DNA from: Escherichia phage JLBYU43
Length of the DNA stretch: 64,000 bases
Strand: one strand, 5' to 3'
Sequence record: NC_105512.1
Shown here one piece after another: positions 9,458 to 18,395 of this stretch (its first letter is position 1; the number at the start of each line of letters is the position of its first letter). Position numbers and translations under genes: made by a program. The notes below the pieces were generated by a model that saw only the letters and a program-made list of their open reading frames with translations, was not told the origin of the DNA and made no database searches.

Positions 9458-9853
9458 ATGGAACAAGTATTTTGGCGTCAGATAGATCCTAGTTTGGTAG
9501 AGCGTGCTGAGGGGCTCCTTGCACATTGGTTGGGGGTTGACAAGGTTAGTGTAACATTTCCGTTTACTTCTGTAACAGACCCTAGTGTAGGTGTATTTGT
9601 GGACGAAGATGAAGATGATGGTTGGGAAGCTGACTGGAATGAATTGTCCAGCATGGGCTTGATTGTTGCCATCAACTTCTCTATATTCCATCCACGTGGC
9701 TTAGCCATTACACGTGACCCCGAAACTGGTGAATCCCCTTATCTTTTGCAAGTAGAAGATGATATTTGGGAGTACACCGAAGATATTCTCGAAGAAGCTA
9801 AAGGTCAATTAAATCGCATTGGGATCTATGTTCCAGGCCTAAATGATGATTGA
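9458..9853 (+). CDS. hypothetical acidic protein, paralog B (131 aa)
   Basis: RBS GGAGG; paralog of 9020-9448. Confidence 0.6.
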   Translation: MEQVFWRQIDPSLVERAEGLLAHWLGVDKVSVTFPFTSVTDPSVGVFVDEDEDDGWEADWNELSSMGLIVAINFSIFHPRGLAITRDPETGESPYLLQVEDDIWEYTEDILEEAKGQLNRIGIYVPGLNDD

Positions 9854-9876
9854 TTTTCATTAGCCCAATCCTGATT

Positions 9877-9902
9877 ACCGAGTCATTTTGGCTCGGTTTT
9901 CT
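9877..9902 (+). terminator. Rho-independent terminator
   Basis: stem ACCGAG/CTCGGT then TTTTCTCTG. Confidence 0.5.
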
Positions 9903-9944
9903 CTGTGCTCAAAGACACTGATAGCACCTTCGTAAAAAATTTTG

Positions 9945-9973
9945 TTGCACGATGCTCAAAATCTTGGTATAAT
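9945..9973 (+). promoter_or_regulatory. promoter reading into a ~590 bp ORF-free region
   Basis: TTGCAC-17-TATAAT with TG immediately upstream; downstream ATTTATATTGAATTGAGAGAC box. Confidence 0.5.
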
Positions 9974-10566
9974 ATTTATATTGAATTGAGAGACATTAGT
10001 AAAAATTGATTTTGCTAATTTTTCTTAGTGAAGCTGACAATGGATTTACGGCGAGAGTGGTCGATGACCCGTAAATAGCTGCATAAGGTACGTTGCTAGA
10101 GCTTTATGAAAAAGTTTTTCTTGTTTACAATCCGCGATACGGAACAGTTAGGCTGCCCCATTAAGGGTTGTTTTAACTATTACTAGTGTTTATATTGCAT
10201 TAGTTAATCTTCAATTAAGTGATCTGTGTACCCTGAATTCGGAAAGGTAAATCCAAACCGTGCATATTTAGCTCGTTATATAGGCAGAGCTTTATATGGG
10301 GGTGCGAACGAAAAGAGCAGCGAATGGCGGCACGTACAGTAGTCACCTACCAATAGGATAGCGAGGACAAATAGAATCGGCTTAGCGGCCAATGACCTAG
10401 GTTCTATTCTGTATATGAGCGAAGAGAGCACAGCACTGAGATATGATAACTTATTCATATTGTTTGATGATAATTGATGTTTACGTAAATAGTAGTAATA
10501 GTTGTTCTATTCTTTCTGAATAGTCCTAAAGAAAAGATTTCGATTAATCAACACAGGAGTATTGTT
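9974..10566 (+). other. non-coding region: candidate structured RNA, long leader or replication origin
   Basis: no plausible ORF, local GC rise 10270-10440, inverted repeats ATTTACGG/CCGTAAAT and AATAGAA/TTCTATT. Confidence 0.3.
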
Positions 10567-13356
10567 GTGTTTTCTATCCTCCAAGGTCACGCCGGGTTTT
10601 CTCGTGATTTAGCAACAGGTATTTGGCGAGAAATCAAAGCGGAAGATTATACCTTTGCCAAACGATTCTCGAAAGAGCATCCAGAAGGTAAACCAGCTTC
10701 TATGCCCTTCAAATTTGATGTAATAGAAGAGCACGACCCACAAAGCCTTGCTGAAATGTTACCACTTATGAGACGTTTAACGTCTGACCCTCATATCGTT
10801 GTGGTACGAGGTCGATGTCTTGCACCTAAAAATAATGTGCGACGTAAGAAAGGTAACTTTAATGTATCCAACCCTAGCAATATTATTGCTATGGACGTGG
10901 ATGGTATCCTGGATACCGGTGGGTACGACAAGTTTAATCTTGTAGGTATGGCCCGTCACATTATTAAGATGTTGAATAGTATTAGTGAGGACATGTTTCC
11001 TCTTGATGCAGGGTTTATTGCTCATGCATCGTCTTCGGCTGGCCTAAAACCAGGTATCCGAATGCACTTAATGCTAGAATCTAACGTCAAGGTAACTCAA
11101 GGTCAGTTAAAGTTCTTATTTACGTCTATCAATGATAGTAGTAAGCAAAAATTCGGTTTTGATATTGCCGACTTAGCTTATTATTCATCTGTCCAGCTTC
11201 ACTATTTTGCCGACCCTTTATTTAGCGATGGTATTGTTGATCCGTTTAAAGCGGAGAGTAAGCCACGTCTGGTGTATGTTAAAGGTTCGAAAGTAAATTT
11301 GCCTAATAATCTGGTTGACTATGAAACAACTAGAGGGGAGTTTAAGGAAGAGTTTTATTCTTTACTTGATCAAATTAAAGGCAAAAAGATTGCTTCTGAT
11401 AAAGTAGAAGAAACCATCAGCGAATTGGAAGAAGCTGAGGATGGGGTGTACTTGCGTATTATCCCCAAACTATACCATAGAGCATTAGAGGATGGTGTTG
11501 ATTTCGCATGGCTAGAACGTGAGATTAAACCCGCTTTATCTGAATATATTGCAACTAAAGATAACAGTCGTAATATTCAAGATTACTTTAATAACGGTCG
11601 TAAGCAGGCTCTCAAAGCGTTTGTTAATAATTCTAAACGCGAGATTCCATTAAATCTGAAAGGTGTTCCTCTTAAGAAATTAGAAGTGGATTCTCCACCA
11701 GAAGTTCCATACCTGAAGATTAACATTGTGCCCCCAAAAGGGCATATAACATTTGTTAAGGCAAGTCTTGGTACTGGCAAAACTACGGCAGTAACTAAAT
11801 GGCTGGACGCAGGTGTTCTTCCTGGCAACTTTTTAGCAGTTACAAATACTAGAGCGCTGGTATCTTCAAACGCTAAGAAATTTAGCGCAGGACAATATGA
11901 TAAGTCTGTAGATATGCTCAACTTTAAACGTGGAGCTATTGATCGTATGTCCACAACTATTCACTCTTTGCATAAGTTCAAGAGTTTTATTGGTCAAATT
12001 GATGCAATCTTTATCGATGAATGTGATGCTGTAATGAATGACCTATTATTCGCCCCGGTTGTTAAACAGCGTCGTGAATGTATTCAAGTTCTACGTGACA
12101 TCCTCATGACAGCTAAAACTGTAATTCTATCAGATGGTGATATTAGTGCCGAAACTATTGAAGCATATGGTTCTCTAATTGATTTTGATAAACCAGTAGC
12201 ATTTTATAATCATCACCGTAAAATGCTGTCAAAAGCTCATGCTTATGAGTTCCCTGACGAATCCAGTATTTGGGTTGCACTTCAAACATCTCTAGAGATG
12301 GGTGAGAAGTCAATCCTAGTATCTGACTGTGGACCTGATGAATTAAATGAAAAGGGAATGGCATTACGTCGTAATACCGGTGCGTTAGTTAAAGAAATTC
12401 ACTCAAACTCTACGTCTGATGTAGATATCCGACGTATTCTGGATTATACAACTAATGAGCTAATTGATCAACAGATTGATTGTTTGTTATGTAGTCCATC
12501 TGTAACGAGTGGTGTTGACTTTAACTATTTTGATAACGTATTCGTAATCACTAGAACCTCAAACCAAGCGCCAAACATGCGTTTCCAAGCAATCAGGCGC
12601 GACCGTGGTGCTCAGAACATTTATTATTTTATTGATAAATCTACGAGTGGATTTTCTGCAGGTTCCGAGCAATATAATATTGACGAGGGTTGGATTGAGT
12701 TAGCCCAACAACTGTACGCACGTCGTCGTGAGCTGGAATCTAGAAACTATACCAGTACTTTGCGTTATTATCTTCTCGATCAAGGTGCAACTATTGATAT
12801 CTTCAGTGAAAGCTGGGGGACTATCGAAGGTGCAGGCAAAGAGTATACAGAAGAGCGAATCAAAGCCATTTTGTATTCAACTCCTGATTATTGTGCTCCA
12901 CGCCATGCAGATGCGTATGAAGCTAAACTACTTCTTGTTCGCTATTATCATCTTGAGTCTATTAAAGATGTAACAGTTGAGCATGTTGAGCAATATATCA
13001 AGGATAAACCTAATGATCGAGCTGCATTCTTCCATAAAATGCACGAGATGTTCTGGGAAGATATTAAGAAGTGTTCAAATGTCACTATCAAACCATTCAT
13101 AGAAGCTCTGAAAGGTAAGAAGAAAGATTTCTTCCTTAAAACAGGTCAGAGTGCTAACCCAAAATACGCCAGAATGTATCTTGGTATGATGGGTATTGGT
13201 AAGGATATGAACACGGAGAATATTGTAGACTGGTACAGAACCTATTGTAAAATCGAATGTATGCCAATCCCGTATAAGTTTATGACTGATGAGGAGAAAC
13301 ATATGCATGATGAAGCAATGGCAGAGCTAGGCGCTAGAAATGACAGTGAAGAATAA
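10567..13356 (+). CDS. large replication ATPase/helicase (929 aa), possible N-terminal primase-polymerase-like domain
   Basis: GTG start with RBS ACAGGAG; Walker A SLGTGKTT, Walker B IFIDECD; N-terminal IIAMDVDG and SSAG...HLML motifs. Confidence 0.55.
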   Translation: MFSILQGHAGFSRDLATGIWREIKAEDYTFAKRFSKEHPEGKPASMPFKFDVIEEHDPQSLAEMLPLMRRLTSDPHIVVVRGRCLAPKNNVRRKKGNFNVSNPSNIIAMDVDGILDTGGYDKFNLVGMARHIIKMLNSISEDMFPLDAGFIAHASSSAGLKPGIRMHLMLESNVKVTQGQLKFLFTSINDSSKQKFGFDIADLAYYSSVQLHYFADPLFSDGIVDPFKAESKPRLVYVKGSKVNLPNNLVDYETTRGEFKEEFYSLLDQIKGKKIASDKVEETISELEEAEDGVYLRIIPKLYHRALEDGVDFAWLEREIKPALSEYIATKDNSRNIQDYFNNGRKQALKAFVNNSKREIPLNLKGVPLKKLEVDSPPEVPYLKINIVPPKGHITFVKASLGTGKTTAVTKWLDAGVLPGNFLAVTNTRALVSSNAKKFSAGQYDKSVDMLNFKRGAIDRMSTTIHSLHKFKSFIGQIDAIFIDECDAVMNDLLFAPVVKQRRECIQVLRDILMTAKTVILSDGDISAETIEAYGSLIDFDKPVAFYNHHRKMLSKAHAYEFPDESSIWVALQTSLEMGEKSILVSDCGPDELNEKGMALRRNTGALVKEIHSNSTSDVDIRRILDYTTNELIDQQIDCLLCSPSVTSGVDFNYFDNVFVITRTSNQAPNMRFQAIRRDRGAQNIYYFIDKSTSGFSAGSEQYNIDEGWIELAQQLYARRRELESRNYTSTLRYYLLDQGATIDIFSESWGTIEGAGKEYTEERIKAILYSTPDYCAPRHADAYEAKLLLVRYYHLESIKDVTVEHVEQYIKDKPNDRAAFFHKMHEMFWEDIKKCSNVTIKPFIEALKGKKKDFFLKTGQSANPKYARMYLGMMGIGKDMNTENIVDWYRTYCKIECMPIPYKFMTDEEKHMHDEAMAELGARNDSEE

Positions 13357-13573
13357 AAAATGGGAAACAAGGAAGTTTCCAGTAAAAGAGCGTAAAGTTC
13401 CTGTTTACGACACTTCGGAAAAGCTATGTAGGGTGGTACCACACAGATTAGCTGGCATCCCTAACATATCCGAGTGGTTACTTAAACAACGGAAAACTAA
13501 CGTGTCTCTTCGCATCGGCTTTGAGTTAGATAAAGTCTATGCTGAACTTGCTTCTTTGCTCAAGGAACAATAA
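13340..13573 (+). CDS. hypothetical small protein (77 aa)
   Basis: ORF only, weak RBS, overlaps neighbours. Confidence 0.3.
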   Translation: MTVKNKKWETRKFPVKERKVPVYDTSEKLCRVVPHRLAGIPNISEWLLKQRKTNVSLRIGFELDKVYAELASLLKEQ

Positions 13574-14145
13574 TGTTTATAAGAATTCCCGAATTTCCTG
13601 ACTATGCAGTGAATGAAAATGGAGATGTATACTCTTTTCTCTCCAACAAATTTCTTGCTCCAGGTCAAAATACTGCGGGGTACTTACAAGTTAACTTAAT
13701 GAAAGATGGCTCCCCTATAAATGTGAGAGTGCATAGGCTAGTGGCTTATTGTTTTGGTCTACTTCCTGAGTTAGAATCAGAGTTGGTAGTAGACCATATA
13801 AATGATAATAAGTTAGATCCTAGATTAGTTAACCTACAGGTATTAACCCACAAAGCTAATGCAATAAAATTCCATAATAAAAACTGGAGAGAACATCCAG
13901 ATTTCTTAGCAGAGATTAAGAAATTAGAAAGTATGGGTATAACTAAAGCAGCTGCATCTTATAGGTGTAGGGCTATGTTTAAATATAATGTGGTTATTCC
14001 TTCCGGTGATACTCTAACCTTAGAGTTAATAGAATCTACATATCAGAAAACCAATTCTTGGAGAAAAACCGCGAGAGTACTTGGATTTAAAAGCGCTCCT
14101 GCCATTCTTTATAGATATAACAAGCTGAAAGCAGCTTCTTTATAA
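13573..14145 (+). CDS. HNH homing endonuclease (NUMOD4/HNH_3-like)
   Basis: HRLVA...VVDHINDNKLDPRLVNLQVLTHKAN; TAATG overlap. Confidence 0.7.
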   Translation: MFIRIPEFPDYAVNENGDVYSFLSNKFLAPGQNTAGYLQVNLMKDGSPINVRVHRLVAYCFGLLPELESELVVDHINDNKLDPRLVNLQVLTHKANAIKFHNKNWREHPDFLAEIKKLESMGITKAAASYRCRAMFKYNVVIPSGDTLTLELIESTYQKTNSWRKTARVLGFKSAPAILYRYNKLKAASL

Positions 14146-14151
14146 ATTTAT

Positions 14152-14180
14152 TTGCTTTCAGGAAAAAATTTCTGTATAAT
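14152..14180 (+). promoter_or_regulatory. strong early promoter, near-identical to T5 PN25
   Basis: TTGCTT-17-TATAAT then AGATTCATAAATTTGAGAGAGGAGTT; matches remembered PN25 sequence. Confidence 0.85.
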
Positions 14181-14211
14181 AGATTCATAAATTTGAGAGA
14201 GGAGTTTAAAT

Positions 14212-14916
14212 ATGGCTGGTTCTCGTAGAAAGAAACACATTCATGAAATCCCGGATGAAGTCTTTAAAAAGGTTATAGAGCATCTGGAGAACGGCGGTAC
14301 TAAGAAAGCAGCATGTGAAATGCTCGGCGTATCATCCAATCCAACTATGGAAAGGATGATTGAGGAATGGCAAGACCGCCAAATTCAAGTTGCCGAGATG
14401 AAGAAAAAGAAACGTGGCACACTCATTGAAGGCATTGAGTTAGCTAACGTTATTGAGCAGTATTTATCTGGTGATTCTTTTGAAGAAATTGCCGATCGTA
14501 ATTATCGTTCTGTAGCAATGGTTAAATCTGTTTTGGAACGCTATGGTGCTCTGCTTCGTTTGAACGATATTGTAGATCCATTGAATCCTCCAATTATTCC
14601 TGATGATGCTGTAGCAGAAGAATTTGAGGTTGGAGAACTAGTTTGGGTTCCTGGATACCAGTGTATTGGTGAAATCAAAAAAGCAATGGATAATCCTGTT
14701 GGTTGTTACCGTGTATGGCTTCTATCAGAAGGCAAACAACAGAACGTCCATTATATGAATTACGAGCTGGCTTCTGTTAAACATCTGGAAAAGCTAGGGG
14801 TTGATGTAAAATCTCTAGGGTATAAATGGACTCGTGAAGAAATTATTACGTTGATTAATGAAGCTGTTAAGGCTGCCCTGAAACTTGATAAAGAAAAAGG
14901 AAAACGCCGTGAGTAA
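14212..14916 (+). CDS. early protein downstream of PN25-like promoter (234 aa)
   Basis: RBS GAGAGGAG; N-terminus MAGSRRKKHIHE. Confidence 0.7.
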   Translation: MAGSRRKKHIHEIPDEVFKKVIEHLENGGTKKAACEMLGVSSNPTMERMIEEWQDRQIQVAEMKKKKRGTLIEGIELANVIEQYLSGDSFEEIADRNYRSVAMVKSVLERYGALLRLNDIVDPLNPPIIPDDAVAEEFEVGELVWVPGYQCIGEIKKAMDNPVGCYRVWLLSEGKQQNVHYMNYELASVKHLEKLGVDVKSLGYKWTREEIITLINEAVKAALKLDKEKGKRRE

Positions 14917-15145
14917 GCTAACTGATTTGCTTAAAGATGGGGATGTAAAATATCTTCAACGGGATAGCTGGGAGAATAATAAAGAGTATACTGTACTGTT
15001 AAAATTTGACGTAGACAGCAATACTGTACGTCAATACGTGTGGATGCCTCCAGATACTACGCTGCTGCCTAGTGATGAAGAGGTTGAATTAACCCTAGAC
15101 GAAGCTCTAGCGGATGATTGGGAGATTGTTGAGCTAGATGTGTAG
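14909..15145 (+). CDS. hypothetical acidic protein (about 79 aa)
   Basis: GTG 14909 preferred (RBS AAAAAGGAAAA) over TTG 14885. Confidence 0.4.
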   Translation: MSKLTDLLKDGDVKYLQRDSWENNKEYTVLLKFDVDSNTVRQYVWMPPDTTLLPSDEEVELTLDEALADDWEIVELDV

Positions 15146-15165
15146 CAATTACCGAAAAATTTCAG

Positions 15166-15194
15166 TTGCTTAATCCTATAATTCTTGATATAAT
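15166..15194 (+). promoter_or_regulatory. early promoter
   Basis: TTGCTT-17-TATAAT. Confidence 0.6.
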
Positions 15195-15251
15195 ATTCTC
15201 ATAGTTTGAAAGAACTATTCTGTTTAATTCTTAATTAAGGAAATATAAAAT

Positions 15252-15662
15252 ATGACTACTCCAACTCAGTGGACTGATGAACTGTTCGAAAAAATGTCTT
15301 CCGAATACGTTGCTCGTATGGAGCAATTCCCAGAGGATGAACGTCCGGGTGTTAGCATGGAAATTGTTAGCGAAATTGCCCAGGAAAATGGTGTAACTCC
15401 GAACGGTTTTCGTATGAAGCTGACTAAAGCAGGTTTGTATATCAAGAAAGCTGCTGGCTCTGCTTCTAAATCTAGTGCATCTACTGGAGAAAAAGCTTCT
15501 GGTGGTTCTCGCACTTCTAAAGCTCAAGCCCATGCCGACCTTCGTTCAGCATTCTCTGATGCTGGCCTAGCACCAGATTTTCTGGATGATGCAATTATTG
15601 ACAAACTGACCGGTAAAGCGGCTGCTCATCTGGCAGAAGCAATCCGAGCTATCACTAAGTAA
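15252..15662 (+). CDS. hypothetical protein (136 aa), high-expression codon usage
   Basis: RBS AAGGAA; E. coli-optimal codons. Confidence 0.6.
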   Translation: MTTPTQWTDELFEKMSSEYVARMEQFPEDERPGVSMEIVSEIAQENGVTPNGFRMKLTKAGLYIKKAAGSASKSSASTGEKASGGSRTSKAQAHADLRSAFSDAGLAPDFLDDAIIDKLTGKAAAHLAEAIRAITK

Positions 15663-15698
15663 TTTTTAGATAAATCCACCAACAAAAGGAACACAGTT

Positions 15699-15995
15699 AT
15701 GACCAAAGCTGAAATTATCGCACAATGTGAAAAATTTGGTGAGTTTTATCTTCATTACGAGAAACTTCGTCAGAAAGGAACCACGTACCTTCAGGGTACG
15801 ATGGAATTTGATCCAGCCCAAGATAAATATCTGGCTGAGCGTATTAAACGTGAACGTATTCGTAAAGCGAAAGATGATGAGATCCTTGTCTTCTCTCGTA
15901 CTAATGATAGCTTCCGTTTTATTCCTGTCGAGAAAGTCCGTCGTGTGACTAGCCTCCAATCAGAGTTAGATCGTGCTTCTCCAGTAGGCCGATAA
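15699..15995 (+). CDS. hypothetical basic protein (98 aa)
   Basis: RBS AAAGGAA. Confidence 0.55.
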   Translation: MTKAEIIAQCEKFGEFYLHYEKLRQKGTTYLQGTMEFDPAQDKYLAERIKRERIRKAKDDEILVFSRTNDSFRFIPVEKVRRVTSLQSELDRASPVGR

Positions 15996-16005
15996 GAAAC
16001 CAATT

Positions 16006-16028
16006 AGCCCCTATATGGGGCTTTTTGT
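16006..16028 (+). terminator. Rho-independent terminator
   Basis: stem AGCCCC/GGGGCT, loop TATAT, then TTTTTGTGTATTT. Confidence 0.7.
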
Positions 16029-16045
16029 GTATTTGGGATATGTAA

Positions 16046-16354
16046 ATGAGCGAACAGGTAAATCAAAACTATGAAGGACACGTTGATGACCAGTCCATCA
16101 TACTTTGGGAGAAGGAGGGAGAACAAGTAAGATTAACAGTATCTGAATTTCGTGGGAATCTATACATGGGTATTCGTTACTGGCTTCTTGATATTAATGA
16201 TGAATGGTTTCCAACGAAATCTGGCTTCTCTTTTCCTTACACCCTAGAAACAACATCACAGCTTTTCTATGCGTTTACACAGATTCTTAGTGAATCTGAG
16301 GTTTTACATGAAGTACAGAAACGAGCTGAAGAACTCAAAGCCAAGAATGCCTAG
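16046..16354 (+). CDS. PC4-like ssDNA-binding protein
   Basis: RLTVSEFRG...YMGIRYW...PTKSGFSFP matches PC4 C-terminal domain pattern. Confidence 0.5.
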   Translation: MSEQVNQNYEGHVDDQSIILWEKEGEQVRLTVSEFRGNLYMGIRYWLLDINDEWFPTKSGFSFPYTLETTSQLFYAFTQILSESEVLHEVQKRAEELKAKNA

Positions 16355-16368
16355 TTCTTGGCTTTTTC
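16340..16368 (+). terminator. Rho-independent terminator (stop codon in loop)
   Basis: stem GCCAAGAA/TTCTTGGC then TTTTTCTTT. Confidence 0.65.
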
Positions 16369-16381
16369 TTTATAAATGTAT

Positions 16382-16410
16382 TTGCTTTCAACTCAGTTTT
16401 ATTATATAAT
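16382..16410 (+). promoter_or_regulatory. early promoter
   Basis: TTGCTT-17-TATAAT then ATTTATATAAATTGATGAGAG. Confidence 0.65.
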
Positions 16411-16441
16411 ATTTATATAAATTGATGAGAGATATAAATAA

Positions 16442-17413
16442 ATGACTAATGTAAAAGACTTTATTAAACGTTGCCAAGAAGCGTATTACCAGGGAATGTC
16501 TTTAATCTCTGACGAAGAATATGATCGTCTGATTAAAAGATTTCCGTTAGAAGAAGAGATCGGGCCTAAGGGCGATATTCCACATCTGTATCGTATGTAT
16601 TCTTTACAGAAAGTTTACTTTGATCGTGGTGATAAAGCTCCGTTTACTACCCTTGATGATGTAGAAACTGATAAGTTAGATGGTTGTGCAATTTCTCTAC
16701 TGTATATCGACGGAACGTTTGTTCAAGCATTAACTCGTGGTAATGGTATTCTAGGAAATGATGTCACAAGCAACGTTAGATTGCTGAACATCCCGAAAAA
16801 GATTTCCCAAAAAGTACCAACTCAAATCACTGGTGAAGTTCTTATCACTAAAGAAGTAGAAAACAAACGTAACTACGCTTCCGGTGCTATTAACTTAAAA
16901 GAAGAAGATGACTTCATCGAACGTATTGCAGAAGGTGGCTTGATTTTTGTAGCGTACGGTATTCAGTGTTCAGAGGATTCTGTAGGTATTACAGGTTCTT
17001 ACTTAGATGATATGTCTTGGTTGGCTAACGAAGATTTTATCACTGTAATGAACATTAAAAACTACTTTAATTGGTATCCAACGGATGGTAAAGTAGTTCG
17101 TATTAATGACAACAACAAATTCTTCCGTGAAGGTTGGACAAATAAACATCCTCGTGGTGCTTATGCAATCAAACAAGATGAAGAAGGCGAAATTACAACT
17201 CTTCTCAAAGTTGAATGGCAGGTAGGGGCTTCTGGTAAAGTAACTCCAGTTGGTTATTTCGAACCGGTAATTATTGATGATGCTACAATTGTTAAGGCGA
17301 CTCTTAATAACGTTGATTATATTAACTCTCTTGATCTAGAGATCGGTTGCCAGATTCGAGTAATTCGTGCTGGTGGTGTAATCCCGTGTATAGTAGAGCG
17401 AGTATACGATTAA
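16442..17413 (+). CDS. NAD-dependent DNA ligase, N-terminal subunit (adenylation + OB domains)
   Basis: KLDG active-site lysine motif, TRGNG...G-DVT. Confidence 0.8.
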   Translation: MTNVKDFIKRCQEAYYQGMSLISDEEYDRLIKRFPLEEEIGPKGDIPHLYRMYSLQKVYFDRGDKAPFTTLDDVETDKLDGCAISLLYIDGTFVQALTRGNGILGNDVTSNVRLLNIPKKISQKVPTQITGEVLITKEVENKRNYASGAINLKEEDDFIERIAEGGLIFVAYGIQCSEDSVGITGSYLDDMSWLANEDFITVMNIKNYFNWYPTDGKVVRINDNNKFFREGWTNKHPRGAYAIKQDEEGEITTLLKVEWQVGASGKVTPVGYFEPVIIDDATIVKATLNNVDYINSLDLEIGCQIRVIRAGGVIPCIVERVYD

Positions 17414-17463
17414 TACATAACCCTTTGCTACCCATCTACCATATCGGAATTATAAAGTGGTTA

Positions 17464-17492
17464 TTGACATTTTCGCCGCTTAGGTATATACT
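17464..17492 (+). promoter_or_regulatory. promoter inside the ligase split
   Basis: TTGACA-17-TATACT. Confidence 0.5.
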
Positions 17493-17556
17493 ATTATCAT
17501 TCAGTTGAGGGATAGAAAGTTATGGCGAGGGTAAGCAAAGTTAGTTAAAATTGTAG

Positions 17557-17585
17557 TTGCTAAATGCTTAAATACTTGCTATAAT
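17557..17585 (+). promoter_or_regulatory. promoter for ligase C-terminal subunit
   Basis: TTGCTA-17-TATAAT then ATTTATATAAATTGATAAGGAAG. Confidence 0.6.
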
Positions 17586-17615
17586 ATTTATATAAATTGA
17601 TAAGGAAGAAATTTG

Positions 17616-18395
17616 ATGAAAATCGAAATTCCAACACAATGTCCCTCTTGTGGTTCTAAGCTAGATCTTGTCAACGGACAATTATTCTGTCGGAATAAGT
17701 CCAACTGTCCAGCGCAATCAAGTAAGTTAATTGAGAACTTCTGTACAAAAATGAAGTTAAAGGGCTTTGGTCCAAAAACTATTGAGAAGCTGGAGCTGAC
17801 GAAGATTTCAGAACTATTTTACCTAACCGAAGAAGATTTGGTTAGAGCCGTGGGTAGCAAGGTTGCCGCTAAGTTAATTAGCGAATTAAATACTAAAGTT
17901 CGCGGAGACATTGACTTTGGTTCAGTTCTCGGTTCTTTAGGAATCCCTCTAATCGGAGAGGTTGCAGCAAAGAAATTATCCCAAAATTGCACTAGCTTCC
18001 ACGATGTGAAGGCTGACGGCAAGGCTGGAGAAAATTATAAAGCCTGGCTAAATTCCCCACAAGGCAAGGATGTTATCGAATTACCGTGGAAATTTTCAAC
18101 TGGTATTAGGGGCACTAAAGCTAATATCATCATTACAGATGAATTAGTTGCCCAGCCAAATGGAATCGCGGTATGTATTACCGGATCTTTGCAAGATTTT
18201 GCAAATCGAACGGATGCAACAAACTATTTAGAAAGTCTAGGGTATACGGTTAAGAAATCAGTTACTAAAGACGTCAAATACCTAATCTGTGAGGATGAAT
18301 CAAAACGTTCTTCCTCATCTTATAAGAAAGCCGAAACGAATGGGATAGAAATCCTGTCGATTAAAGAACTATTGGAGAAAAATAATAATGTCTAA
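17616..18395 (+). CDS. NAD-dependent DNA ligase, C-terminal subunit (Zn finger, HhH, BRCT)
   Basis: four-Cys zinc finger CPSCGS...CRNKSNC, BRCT-like IAVCITGSL; RBS AGGAAG. Confidence 0.75.
   Translation: MKIEIPTQCPSCGSKLDLVNGQLFCRNKSNCPAQSSKLIENFCTKMKLKGFGPKTIEKLELTKISELFYLTEEDLVRAVGSKVAAKLISELNTKVRGDIDFGSVLGSLGIPLIGEVAAKKLSQNCTSFHDVKADGKAGENYKAWLNSPQGKDVIELPWKFSTGIRGTKANIIITDELVAQPNGIAVCITGSLQDFANRTDATNYLESLGYTVKKSVTKDVKYLICEDESKRSSSSYKKAETNGIEILSIKELLEKNNNV

Noticed and set aside
10270-10440. Possible tRNA in the GC-richer intergenic stretch
   Set aside because: No GTTCGAATC-like T-loop, no D-loop/acceptor-stem arrangement; T5-type tRNA clusters would lie outside this window.
10276-10458. 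60-aa minus-strand ORF in the non-coding region
   Set aside because: No RBS, antisense to the direction of all surrounding early transcription; the region is better explained as non-coding.
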